DNA of 64,000 nucleotides from Candidatus Omnitrophota bacterium (GTDB lineage: Bacteria; Omnitrophota; Gorgyraeia; Duberdicusellales; Duberdicusellaceae). Below, piece after piece: positions 10,025 through 19,509 of the stretch. Position 1 is the stretch's first letter. Each line of letters opens with the position of its first letter. A program made the translations under genes and the position numbers. The notes under the pieces are model-generated. The model ran no database searches and was not told where the DNA came from. It worked only from the letters and a program-made list of their open reading frames with translations. Location of the stretch: the NCBI GenBank assembly GCA_016932855.1, contig JAFGCB010000025.1:118987-182986 (forward strand), written 5' to 3'.

Positions 10025-11044
10025 ATGATTATAGTGTTGAAGCCCAAGGCCACCGATCAGGAGATTGATTACATAATCTCCCGTATCGAGAAACTGGGTC
10101 TTAAAACCATGGTTTCTAAAGGAGTCGAGCGCACGATCATCGGCGTAATCGGCCCGGAAGACATATTAAGATCCCATCCCCTGGAGGTATTTCCCGGTGT
10201 GGAAAAAGTAATGCCGGTTTTAGCTCCTTATAAATTGGTTTCGCGTTATTTTAAGGCTGAGCCTTCGGTTATTGAGATTACTAAAGATGTAAAGATCGGT
10301 ACAAAAAAAATCATAATAATAGCCGGGCCTTGCTCTATCGAGTCAAAGGAACAGTTGCTGGACGTGGCCAAAAGGATAAAGGCGGCCGGTGCTACAATTA
10401 TACGCGGTGGAGCGTTCAAGCCCCGGACGTCTCCTTATAGCTTTCAGGGTTTGGGCAAAGAAGGTCTGGAAATCCTTAAGGCGATATCCCAAGAGACAGG
10501 CTTGCCTACTATCACGGAAGTAATGGATACGCGTGATGTCGAATTAGTTTCGAAATATACCGATATATTGCAGGTTGGTGCTCGAAATATGCAGAATTTT
10601 AACCTACTTAAAGAAATCGGCCAGACGAAGAAGCCGGTAGTGTTAAAGCGAGGCCTGAGCGCGACCATTAACGAGCTACTTATGAGCGCAGAGTATATTC
10701 TCTCGGGAGGTAATTTCAACGTCATCTTATGCGAGCGGGGCATTAGAACATTCGAAGATGCAACTCGCAACACTTTGGATTTAAGCGCCATCCCCATAAT
10801 AAAGCAATTATCCCATCTTCCGGTAATAGTCGATCCTTCTCACGCCACCGGTAAATGGAATTTAGTTTCTCCGCTGTCGAAGGCCGCGGTCGCCTGCGGA
10901 GCTGACGGTCTTTTAATCGAAGTTCACCCTCAGCCCGAAGAAGCTCTTTCCGACGGCCCGCAGCAGCTATTGCCGAAAAAGTTTGTTGCTCTTATGGGAG
11001 AATTACAAAAGGTGGCCTTAAGTGTTGAGAGAACTTTTGACTAA
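10025..11044 (+). CDS. aroF: DAHP synthase, type I-beta with N-terminal regulatory domain
   Basis: [36 protein letters not shown]. Confidence 0.93.
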   Translation: MIIVLKPKATDQEIDYIISRIEKLGLKTMVSKGVERTIIGVIGPEDILRSHPLEVFPGVEKVMPVLAPYKLVSRYFKAEPSVIEITKDVKIGTKKIIIIAGPCSIESKEQLLDVAKRIKAAGATIIRGGAFKPRTSPYSFQGLGKEGLEILKAISQETGLPTITEVMDTRDVELVSKYTDILQVGARNMQNFNLLKEIGQTKKPVVLKRGLSATINELLMSAEYILSGGNFNVILCERGIRTFEDATRNTLDLSAIPIIKQLSHLPVIVDPSHATGKWNLVSPLSKAAVACGADGLLIEVHPQPEEALSDGPQQLLPKKFVALMGELQKVALSVERTFD

Positions 11045-11059
11045 CTTAAGAAATAAAGT

Positions 11060-11890
11060 ATGAATTTTAATAAAGTCACTGTTATTGGGGCCGGATTCAT
11101 GGGAGGGTGTTTCGCGATTAACCTTAAGAAGAAAAAAATTGCCAAAAGCATCTGGGCAGTAGCCCGAAACCAACAAAGGGTTCGTCAGATAAACAAGTTA
11201 AATATTTTTGATAAGGTTATAACCAATCTTGAGAGTGCCGTAGACAATGCGGAGGTGGTGGTTTTGGCCACTCCGGTGTCAGCAATAATTACTTATATCG
11301 AAAAAATAGCTCCGCTAGTGCATAAAAAGTGCGTAGTTTTTGATTTGGGTAGCACAAAGCGCGAAATTATAAAAAAAGCGAAAGAGTTTCTTAAGGATAA
11401 TTTTGTCGGTTGCCACCCTCTCTGCGGCTCGGAGAAAAAAGGCGCAGCCTTCGCGGTTGATTCTTTATTCGAAGATTCTTTATGTATTCTTACGCCTCTA
11501 ATGAAAAACAGGGCTTTCGCGATTACAAACAAGCTTTTCAAGTCGCTCGGCGCCCGGACAATAACTCTGGATGCCAACCGCCACGATAAAATTTTGGGTT
11601 TTGTTTCAGCCTTGCCCCATCTTCTAAGTTTTTCTTTGATTAAAGCCCTGCCTTCCGAATTTTCTCCATTCGCAGCCGGCTCATTCAAGGATTTGACCCG
11701 AATTAGCGCCTCCGATAGTTTACTCTGGGCAGATATATTCTTAAGTAATTCCGGTAATCTTAAAGATGCCGCGGCAAACTTGAACCGCAGTATAAAAACG
11801 TTTTTGAGAATTATCGAGAAAAACGATAGAGCAAAGTTAATTTCGCTTCTTAGGGCAGTAAACCAAAAACATAAACGCTTAATTGAATAA
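11060..11890 (+). CDS. tyrA: Prephenate/arogenate dehydrogenase
   Basis: GAGFMG, DLGSTK, HPLCGSE, SALPH, DLTRI. Confidence 0.9.
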   Translation: MNFNKVTVIGAGFMGGCFAINLKKKKIAKSIWAVARNQQRVRQINKLNIFDKVITNLESAVDNAEVVVLATPVSAIITYIEKIAPLVHKKCVVFDLGSTKREIIKKAKEFLKDNFVGCHPLCGSEKKGAAFAVDSLFEDSLCILTPLMKNRAFAITNKLFKSLGARTITLDANRHDKILGFVSALPHLLSFSLIKALPSEFSPFAAGSFKDLTRISASDSLLWADIFLSNSGNLKDAAANLNRSIKTFLRIIEKNDRAKLISLLRAVNQKHKRLIE

Positions 11891-11970
11891 TCATTGCCCA
11901 GCTGCCCCCGAACTTTTCACGCGGATTGTAAATATATCGATTTTTTTACCTTTGGGAGACGGGGTAATTT

Positions 11971-12627
11971 ATGATAGTTGCGATTGACGGACCTGCCGGG
12001 AGCGGTAAAAGCACGATAGCTCGGCTTCTGGCTCAGCGGCTTAATTTTTTGTATCTGGATACCGGCGCGATGTACCGGGCGCTTACTTTGAAGGTTCTTC
12101 AGATGAATATTGATCTTGATGATTACGAAAACATAATCGTCCAGGCCAAAAACACAGAAATTGAATTTAAGGACGAAAAAGTTTTTTTGGACTCGGCTGA
12201 CGTTACTTCCGATATTCGCTTGCCTCAGGTCGATAAAAGCATATCTAGTATTGCCAAAATTCCCGAAGTAAGAGAAGAAATGGTTAAAATCCAGAGAAGT
12301 ATAGGGTGCAGTACAGATTGCGTCGTAGAAGGACGTGACACTACAACCGTTGTTTTCCCTGACGCAAAACTTAAAATTTTTTTAGATGCCCGGTTTTCGC
12401 AGAGGGCAAAGCGCCGTTTAGGCGATTTCCGGCAAAAGGGCATAGACGTTGACATCAAGAGCCTCGAAACCGATTTAAAAGCCAGAGATACCGCAGATAT
12501 GACCCGGGCGGTCGGGCCTTTAAAGAAGGCTTCCGATTGCGTCTACGTAGACACTACAGATTTGACTATAGACGAAGTAGTCAGCAGGGTTTATTCCTTG
12601 GCCGAAAATAAGTTAAAAATTAAATGA
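11971..12627 (+). CDS. cmk: Cytidylate kinase
   Basis: AIDGPAGSGKST, LDTGAMYRA, VEGRD. Confidence 0.96.
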   Translation: MIVAIDGPAGSGKSTIARLLAQRLNFLYLDTGAMYRALTLKVLQMNIDLDDYENIIVQAKNTEIEFKDEKVFLDSADVTSDIRLPQVDKSISSIAKIPEVREEMVKIQRSIGCSTDCVVEGRDTTTVVFPDAKLKIFLDARFSQRAKRRLGDFRQKGIDVDIKSLETDLKARDTADMTRAVGPLKKASDCVYVDTTDLTIDEVVSRVYSLAENKLKIK

Positions 12628-12636
12628 TCAAAGAAG

Positions 12637-14430
12637 ATGTCGAATAAGCGTATTCGCAATTTTTGCATCATAGCCCACATTGATCACGGCAAATCCACTC
12701 TTGCCGATAGAATTTTAGAGATAACCTCGGCTGTAGAGGAACGCCAGTTTAGGGACCAGATGCTTGATAGCATGGATCTCGAAAGGGAGCGGGGTATTAC
12801 CATAAAGGCAAAAGCCGTAAGATTAGCGTTTAACTCTAACGACGGTAATGTCTATACATTTAATCTGGTTGATACTCCGGGGCACGTGGATTTTACCTAT
12901 GAGGTTTCCAAGTCTCTGGGTGCGTCCGAAGGGGCCTTGCTTTTAGTTGACGCAACCCAGGGCATTGAGGCGCAAACCATGGTAAATTTCTATTTAGCAA
13001 AGGACCAGAACTTAAAAATAATACCGATAATCAATAAAATAGACTTAGCCGGAGCCCAAATTGAGCGGACCAGGACCGATCTTTGCGATGTATTCGGTTT
13101 TTCGCCTGATGAAATTCTTTCTATTTCGGCAAAAGACGGCAGCGGCGTGCGAGAAGTTCTCGAGAAAATAATAACCGAAATACCGGCTCCTTCAGGTTCT
13201 CTGGACGAACCCTTAAGAGCGTTTCTTTTTGATTCCCAGTACGATCCTTATAAAGGCGTAATACTTTTTACCCGCGTTCTTGAAGGAAAAATTACTAAAG
13301 GTACAGAAATTTTAATCCTTTCCAAGAACATAAGTTATCCGGTAGAGGAAGTCGGGATTTTTAAGCCCAAGATCGAGAAAAAAGAGGAATTAGAGGCTGG
13401 CGAGATAGGTTTTATTTATTGCAATATAAAGGACCCTCAGCAAGTATTGATACCGGACTATCTTACCGATAAAAACAACCCTACTCATAAGCCGATTCCT
13501 GATTGCAAACGGCTTACTCCTATGGTTTTTTGCGGCGTCTTTCCTTCTTCTCCCAAGGATTACACTAATCTTAGAACGTCTTTAGAAAAGCTCAAGCTGT
13601 CCGATCCGTCCTTTGTTTATGAGGTTGACGCCTCACAGGTTTTAGGATACGGCTTTCGCTGTGGATTTTTAGGTCTTCTTCATATGGAGATCATCAGGGA
13701 ACGGATTGATCGAGAGTACGATTTGGATGTATTGCTTACTTCCCCTAACGTCAAATACGAAGTGCTCACCAAAAAGCAAGAGGTTTTAACGATTGATAAT
13801 CCCCAGAAATTCCCGGAAGTTCCCCAGATAGAGGAAATAAGGGAGCCATTTATCAAGGCTTGCATTATTACTCCGGTGGAATTTATGGACCCGATCTGTG
13901 AGTTGGCAAAATCCAGGCGGGGAGTATTTGAAAAAATGGATTACTTGGGTCAAGAACGCTTAAGTATTTACTTTGAACTTCCTTTTCAGGAGGTGATTGT
14001 TGACTTTTACGATAATATAAAGTCGGTAACTAAAGGCTACGGGTCTTTCGAATATGAATTTATAGGTTTTAAGCCTTCGGATATCGTGAGGGTCGATGTT
14101 TTGTTTAATCGAAAACCTTCGGGTATCTTTTCGCTTCTTTTGCATCAGGAAAAGGCCGAACGTTTGTCAAGAAAGATGCTTCTTAAGCTGAAAGAAATTA
14201 TACCCAGGCACGCCTTTGAGATAAGCCTTCAGGCGGCCATCGGAAGCAAGATAATTGCGTCCGAGAAAATCCCGGCTCTAAAGAAAGATGTGACTAGCAA
14301 ATGTTACGGAGGAGACATTACGCGAAAACGAAAACTTTGGGAACGTCAAAAAGAAGGAAAGAAAAAAATGAAAATGCTGGGTAATGTTCAAATACCCTCA
14401 AAAGCATTTTTGGAGATTTTGAAACTATGA
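12637..14430 (+). CDS. lepA: Elongation factor 4
   Basis: IAHIDHGKSTLADR, ERERGITIK, KCYGGDITRKRKL. Confidence 0.98.
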   Translation: MSNKRIRNFCIIAHIDHGKSTLADRILEITSAVEERQFRDQMLDSMDLERERGITIKAKAVRLAFNSNDGNVYTFNLVDTPGHVDFTYEVSKSLGASEGALLLVDATQGIEAQTMVNFYLAKDQNLKIIPIINKIDLAGAQIERTRTDLCDVFGFSPDEILSISAKDGSGVREVLEKIITEIPAPSGSLDEPLRAFLFDSQYDPYKGVILFTRVLEGKITKGTEILILSKNISYPVEEVGIFKPKIEKKEELEAGEIGFIYCNIKDPQQVLIPDYLTDKNNPTHKPIPDCKRLTPMVFCGVFPSSPKDYTNLRTSLEKLKLSDPSFVYEVDASQVLGYGFRCGFLGLLHMEIIRERIDREYDLDVLLTSPNVKYEVLTKKQEVLTIDNPQKFPEVPQIEEIREPFIKACIITPVEFMDPICELAKSRRGVFEKMDYLGQERLSIYFELPFQEVIVDFYDNIKSVTKGYGSFEYEFIGFKPSDIVRVDVLFNRKPSGIFSLLLHQEKAERLSRKMLLKLKEIIPRHAFEISLQAAIGSKIIASEKIPALKKDVTSKCYGGDITRKRKLWERQKEGKKKMKMLGNVQIPSKAFLEILKL

Positions 14431-15017
14431 AAAACAGACAAGATACAAAGAAAAAAAAGTCAGTTTTGCGGGAGTGGGTTGATTCGATTCTGATCGCGTT
14501 TATTTTAGCTATGTTTGTCAGGGTGTTTTTCTTCGAGTTTTATAAAATTCCTACCAGCTCCATGGTCGCCACTCTTATTCCCGGCGATAGGATTTTGGTC
14601 GGCAAGATTATTTATGGACCAAGAATACCTTTTGTCGGGGTCCGTATACCGGGATACCGAAAGCCCCAGCGCGGGGAGGTGATTGTTTTTATTTCGCCGC
14701 CCGAAAAAAGCAAGGCCTACGTAAAGAGGATAGTCGGGTTTGGAGGAGAAGAAGTCGAAATTAGCCAGGGCAGTATCTATATAGACGGCCGGGAGATAAC
14801 CGATCCCCGGATAAGGAAGAATTTTTATTATAATTTTGGCAAGTTCGGCCAGGAAGGCAAGGTCACCAAGATTCCCGATGATTCGTATTTTGTTTTAGGT
14901 GATAATAGCGCTTCATCGCGTGACAGCCGCCATTGGGGGTTTGTTCCCGCTAAAGATGTTTTGGGAAAAGCAATATTGATCTGGTGGCCGCCTAAGCGGA
15001 TAAGGATGATTGAATAA
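14427..15017 (+). CDS. lepB: Signal peptidase I
   Basis: N-terminal TM, IPTSSM, YVKRIVG, GDNSASSRDSR. Confidence 0.95.
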   Translation: MKNRQDTKKKKSVLREWVDSILIAFILAMFVRVFFFEFYKIPTSSMVATLIPGDRILVGKIIYGPRIPFVGVRIPGYRKPQRGEVIVFISPPEKSKAYVKRIVGFGGEEVEISQGSIYIDGREITDPRIRKNFYYNFGKFGQEGKVTKIPDDSYFVLGDNSASSRDSRHWGFVPAKDVLGKAILIWWPPKRIRMIE

Positions 15018-15103
15018 GAATCGCCCGGGACCCGGTTTTCAGCGCCGTCGAAAAACAGGGGATGTTTAATTTATCGTATCTTGCGCGTTATTTAAGATAA
15101 ACT

Positions 15104-15685
15104 ATGGGTTTTGCCAATAAAATATCGTTGTCACGAATTCTTGTCATTCCTTTTTTTGTCGCTTCTCTTATTTACTCCGCGCGCAACCCCGGAACGCCCC
15201 AGTTTAAATGGCTTGTTTTGTTTCTCTTTCTTTTCGCCATGATTACCGACTTCCTTGACGGTATTATCGCCCGCATTAAAAAGGAGAAGACTTCTTTGGG
15301 CAGAATACTTGATCCCTTAGCGGATAAGCTGCTGCTTTTAAACGCTTTTATTTGGGTGTATTCTTTGCGAAACAATTTACCTTTTCTTTATAAGCTACCT
15401 TTAATCGTGGTTCTCGTGGTAATCAGCCGGGACGTAATAATTTTATTGGGGATCGGAATATTTTCCTTTTTAAAGATCGAAGTCTGTATAAAGCCGAATA
15501 TTTGGGGTAAGCTTACGACTTTTTTTCAAATGTCGACTATCTTAAGCATTTTTTTGGATTTTCCGGTTTCCGAATATATTTGGAATTTAGCCTGTCTTTT
15601 TACGATTATTTCCGGCATACTCTATATAAAACGCGGGGTTACGGCCTTGAATGTTTTCGATAGCAAACCTAACAGCCATTCCTAA
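15104..15685 (+). CDS. pgsA: CDP-alcohol phosphatidyltransferase (PgsA-like)
   Basis: TDFLDGIIAR...GRILDPLADK motif; hydrophobic. Confidence 0.85.
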   Translation: MGFANKISLSRILVIPFFVASLIYSARNPGTPQFKWLVLFLFLFAMITDFLDGIIARIKKEKTSLGRILDPLADKLLLLNAFIWVYSLRNNLPFLYKLPLIVVLVVISRDVIILLGIGIFSFLKIEVCIKPNIWGKLTTFFQMSTILSIFLDFPVSEYIWNLACLFTIISGILYIKRGVTALNVFDSKPNSHS

Positions 15686-15697
15686 AGGTTAAAGTAA

Positions 15698-16327
15698 ATG
15701 TCCGTATCTGTAAAAATCCTAATCCTGTCCGCTTTTAGCTATTTTTTCGGTTCCATTCCGTTTGGTTTGATCGTTTCGAAAAAAGTCCGGGGGATCGATG
15801 TACGCAAGTTCGGTTCGGGAAATATCGGTGCGACTAATGTCGTGCGTGTAGTGGGCTTTAAATGGGGAGTTTTTGTTTTTTTCCTGGATTTTTTAAAAGG
15901 CTTTCTGCCGGTTTTTTTAGTTTTTGCTATTTTGGAGAAAAACCATGAATTAGTTTACTTAGGGTCGATAAGCGCGGCTTTGCTGGCCATTGCCGGACAT
16001 AATTGGCCGGTATTTCTTAAATTTCGTGGCGGAAAAGGAGTATCAACCAGCATAGGATGCATAGTCGCGTTAAGTCTTTTTTTGGTCTTTTTAAGAATCC
16101 CTGTAATGTTGAGTCTTCTGGCTTGGCTGGCCCTATATTTTCTTACCCGCTTAGTTGGCCTAGCTTCGCTTTCAGCCGGCCTTTCTTTTTTTATAAGCTG
16201 CCTTTCGGTTAAGGAAACGCCCCTTGAATTTAGATTTCTTTCCTTTGTTATCGCCCTTTTTATAACTGTTCGGCATCGGCAAAATATTAAAGATATTATC
16301 CAAATATATAAGAGTAAAAGGCGGTAA
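15698..16327 (+). CDS. plsY: Glycerol-3-phosphate acyltransferase PlsY
   Basis: GSGNIGATN, GHNWPVF.KFRGGKGV, RHRQNI. Confidence 0.95.
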   Translation: MSVSVKILILSAFSYFFGSIPFGLIVSKKVRGIDVRKFGSGNIGATNVVRVVGFKWGVFVFFLDFLKGFLPVFLVFAILEKNHELVYLGSISAALLAIAGHNWPVFLKFRGGKGVSTSIGCIVALSLFLVFLRIPVMLSLLAWLALYFLTRLVGLASLSAGLSFFISCLSVKETPLEFRFLSFVIALFITVRHRQNIKDIIQIYKSKRR

Positions 16328-16423
16328 TTTCTTTGAAGTTAACGCCTTTGTTCAGAGGCTTTACGCTTACCCCACAAGGCTAAAAGCTTAATTCTGACAA
16401 AGAATTTTATCCAGATGGCCAAA

Positions 16424-16451
16424 TTGACAAGCGATTTTCTTCTGGTATAAT
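16424..16451 (+). promoter_or_regulatory. Sigma70-type promoter of recA
   Basis: TTGACA-N16-TATAAT with TG upstream of the -10. Confidence 0.75.
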
Positions 16452-16504
16452 ATCATTTCACTTGTATAGATTAATTATTCTACTGACGCAGGAAAGGAGT
16501 TATT

Positions 16505-17515
16505 ATGACTAAAGAGACGGATAACAGAAAAAAAGCCTTGGAGTTAGCATTAGCACAAATCGAAAAACAGTTCGGCAAGGGCGCGATTATGAGGCTTGGA
16601 AGTTCAGTAAAGCTTGATGTTGCGGTTCTTTCAACCGGGATTCTAAGTCTTGATCAAGTTTTAGGTGTCGGCGGCATTCCGCGAGGAAGAGTGATTGAAC
16701 TTTTTGGTCCGGAGTCGTCCGGAAAGACCACTTTAGCCTTAAGCATATTGGCTGAAACTCAAAAAAACGGCGGAGTAGCGGCTTTTATTGATGCTGAACA
16801 CGCTTTTGATCCTTCTTATGCCAGAATAATCGGAGTCAATCTCGAGAATCTTTTAATTTCCCAGCCCGATACCGGAGAGCAGGCGCTAGAAATAACTGAA
16901 ACCTTGGTGCGTTCAAATGCCGTTGATTTAATCGTTATCGATTCGGTTGCAGCCTTGGTTCCGCGGGCCGAAATCGAAGGAGACATGGGAGACGCTCAGA
17001 TGGGCCTTCAGGCCCGGCTTATGTCCCAGGCTATGCGTAAACTGACCGCGGCCATAAGCAAATCTAAGACCTGCGTGATTTTTATAAATCAGATAAGAGA
17101 AAAGTTAGGGATTATGTTCGGGAATCCTGAGGTTACTCCCGGGGGAAGAGCCCTAAAGTTTTATTCGTCAGTTAGGATAGATCTGCGGAAAATCGGAACC
17201 ATCACCGATAAAGACAAGATTGTCGGCACCAGAGTCCGGGCGAAAATCGTAAAAAATAAAGTGGCTCCGCCTTTTAAAGAAGCTATATTTGAGATTACTT
17301 ATACCGAGGGTGTTTCCAAGATCGGCAATTTGATTGATTCCGCTTTGGATCTGGGCATAATTAATCGAGCCGGCAGCTGGTTCTCGTATAAAGATGAAAA
17401 GCTGGCCCAGGGCAAGGAATCGGTTAAAAAGTATCTGAATGAAAATCCGAAATCATTAGAGAAGATAAAAAAAGAGGTTGAGGATAAAATATATTCGACG
17501 AAAGCTGGAAATTAG
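16505..17515 (+). CDS. recA: Recombinase RecA
   Basis: [37 protein letters not shown]. Confidence 0.99.
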   Translation: MTKETDNRKKALELALAQIEKQFGKGAIMRLGSSVKLDVAVLSTGILSLDQVLGVGGIPRGRVIELFGPESSGKTTLALSILAETQKNGGVAAFIDAEHAFDPSYARIIGVNLENLLISQPDTGEQALEITETLVRSNAVDLIVIDSVAALVPRAEIEGDMGDAQMGLQARLMSQAMRKLTAAISKSKTCVIFINQIREKLGIMFGNPEVTPGGRALKFYSSVRIDLRKIGTITDKDKIVGTRVRAKIVKNKVAPPFKEAIFEITYTEGVSKIGNLIDSALDLGIINRAGSWFSYKDEKLAQGKESVKKYLNENPKSLEKIKKEVEDKIYSTKAGN

Positions 17516-17569
17516 CGACGCATTCCGATAAGCCAGGAACTGTTCCTGAGTAATAAATAGGAGGTTTTT

Positions 17570-19045
17570 ATGAAAAAGTATAATAAGCGAATTCTGCTTG
17601 TTTTGTGCGGATTGGTTCTAGGAGTCTTCATTACTCTCAAAGCCGATTTATTCCAGGCTGGTTGCGCCCAGCGCACAGGGTCTGATCCGCAAGCGGCGTC
17701 GTATAATTTGGAATCCCAAACTATTAAAGTAGCCCAAGATGTAGGCCAGGCCGTGGTTTCGATAAGCACGGAAGTTAGGCAAAAAACAGGTGGTTATCGC
17801 CAGGCTCCCTTTGATGATTTCGGGGATGACTTTTTCAGGCGGTTTTTCGAAGAGTTTTTCGGCGATTCCCCCTATCGAGAATTTAAACGACAGGGCTTAG
17901 GCAGCGGAGTCATAATCGATAAAGAGGGATATATTTTGACTAATGAACACGTGGTTTCCGGAGCAGATACTATAAAAGTGCGTTTAGCTGACGCTCGGGA
18001 GTTCGATGCAGAAGTTAAAGGTGCGGATTCCCGGTCGGATCTGGCAGTTATAAAAATAAAAGCCAGCAATCTTCCGGCGGCGGTTCTCGGCGATTCAGCC
18101 GAGGTGAAAATCGGCCAGTGGGTCGTAGCTATAGGCAATCCTTTTGGTTTTGCGATTGAAGGAAGCCAGCCCACGGTTACAGTAGGTGTTATAAGCGCCT
18201 TGCACCGCGATTTGCCGATTTTAGGCAGAAGGGACAAAAGTTATAATGACTTAATTCAAACCGACGCTGCCATAAATCCCGGTAATTCCGGAGGGCCGTT
18301 GGTGGATATGGCCGGTCGGGTTATCGGCATCAATGCAGCAATAATTTCCACTACCGGAGGATATCAAGGTTTAGGTTTTGCTATACCGGTAAACAAGGCA
18401 AAGAAGATCCTGCAGAAATTAATTAAAGGAGAGGAGATCTTGTACGGCTGGCTAGGCGTAAGTATTCAGGATCTAAACGAAGACTTGAAAAATTATTTTG
18501 GTTTAAGCCAGGAAGAAGGCGCCTTGATCATAGATGTTTTCAAGGATTCACCGGCATCCAAAGCCGGACTTATGGAAGGCGACTTGATTCTTGAGCTTGA
18601 AGGGCAAAGAGTGACGAAAGTAAAGGATTTGGTTGATAAAGTCACTAACCGAGACCCGGAAACCAAGATCACTTTAAAAATTTTGCGCCAGAATAAACTC
18701 ATGGATATAGAGGTAACATTAGGAAAACGTCCGGGCGACTTGGAGGGTTTTGAGACCAAAACAAAAGAAGTAGGTTTTCGCGGCCTGGAAGTGGACGACA
18801 TAACCGATGAAATTAAGCGCCGGTACCGGATAAGCGACGACGAAGGAGCTGTAGTTACTTACGTTGAGCCGGATTCCCCGGCTGATAAAGCTGGGATTAT
18901 CGCTTCGGACATAATCCAAAGCGTAGAAGGCAACCCGATAAAAAATAAAAAAGATTTTTTAGACGCAATAAGCGGGCTTCAAGGTGATTGTTTGGTGAAA
19001 ACAAATCGCGGGTTTTCCGTGATTAAAGATAAAAGTGTTGAATAA
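17570..19045 (+). CDS. degP: DegP/HtrA serine protease with two PDZ domains
   Basis: GSGVII, TNEHVV, DLAVIK, QTDAAINPGNSGGP. Confidence 0.93.
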   Translation: MKKYNKRILLVLCGLVLGVFITLKADLFQAGCAQRTGSDPQAASYNLESQTIKVAQDVGQAVVSISTEVRQKTGGYRQAPFDDFGDDFFRRFFEEFFGDSPYREFKRQGLGSGVIIDKEGYILTNEHVVSGADTIKVRLADAREFDAEVKGADSRSDLAVIKIKASNLPAAVLGDSAEVKIGQWVVAIGNPFGFAIEGSQPTVTVGVISALHRDLPILGRRDKSYNDLIQTDAAINPGNSGGPLVDMAGRVIGINAAIISTTGGYQGLGFAIPVNKAKKILQKLIKGEEILYGWLGVSIQDLNEDLKNYFGLSQEEGALIIDVFKDSPASKAGLMEGDLILELEGQRVTKVKDLVDKVTNRDPETKITLKILRQNKLMDIEVTLGKRPGDLEGFETKTKEVGFRGLEVDDITDEIKRRYRISDDEGAVVTYVEPDSPADKAGIIASDIIQSVEGNPIKNKKDFLDAISGLQGDCLVKTNRGFSVIKDKSVE

Positions 19046-19505
19046 TAAACAGTTAGGGCAAGCTCGCAAAGCCGCGCTCAGGCTGCTTAAATATAGGCCG
19101 CGTTCCGAAAAAGAGCTGGAACGACGCCTGCGGCTTAAAAAAATACCCGCCCAGCTGGTCGAGTTGGTTTTGGGCGAGCTTAAAAAGACTTCTTTGATAG
19201 ACGATGCGCGGTTTGCAAAGATTTGGACACAAGACCGCTTAAAGAAAGGTTACGGCCCAAGACGGATAGAGAAAGAATTAAATGAAAAGGGCCTAGATCG
19301 GCAAATAATTGCCGGGTCTATTAAAAACGCACGGACTTTCTTAAACGCGTCCCCGGTTCTAAACGAACTTTTAGAAAAAAGATTACGGCGATTTAAAAAG
19401 CAAGATGATCGCCTTAAAACAAAACAAAAATTATTTAACTACTTATACCGCAGGGGTTTCGAGCTAGATCATGTACGGCGTTATATCGATGAATTAGCAT
19501 TATAA
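19035..19505 (+). CDS. recX: RecA regulator RecX
   Basis: ALRLLKYRPRSEKEL, DDARFA, GPRRI..EL..KG, LYRRGF. Confidence 0.9.
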   Translation: MLNNKQLGQARKAALRLLKYRPRSEKELERRLRLKKIPAQLVELVLGELKKTSLIDDARFAKIWTQDRLKKGYGPRRIEKELNEKGLDRQIIAGSIKNARTFLNASPVLNELLEKRLRRFKKQDDRLKTKQKLFNYLYRRGFELDHVRRYIDELAL

Positions 19506-19509
19506 CATT

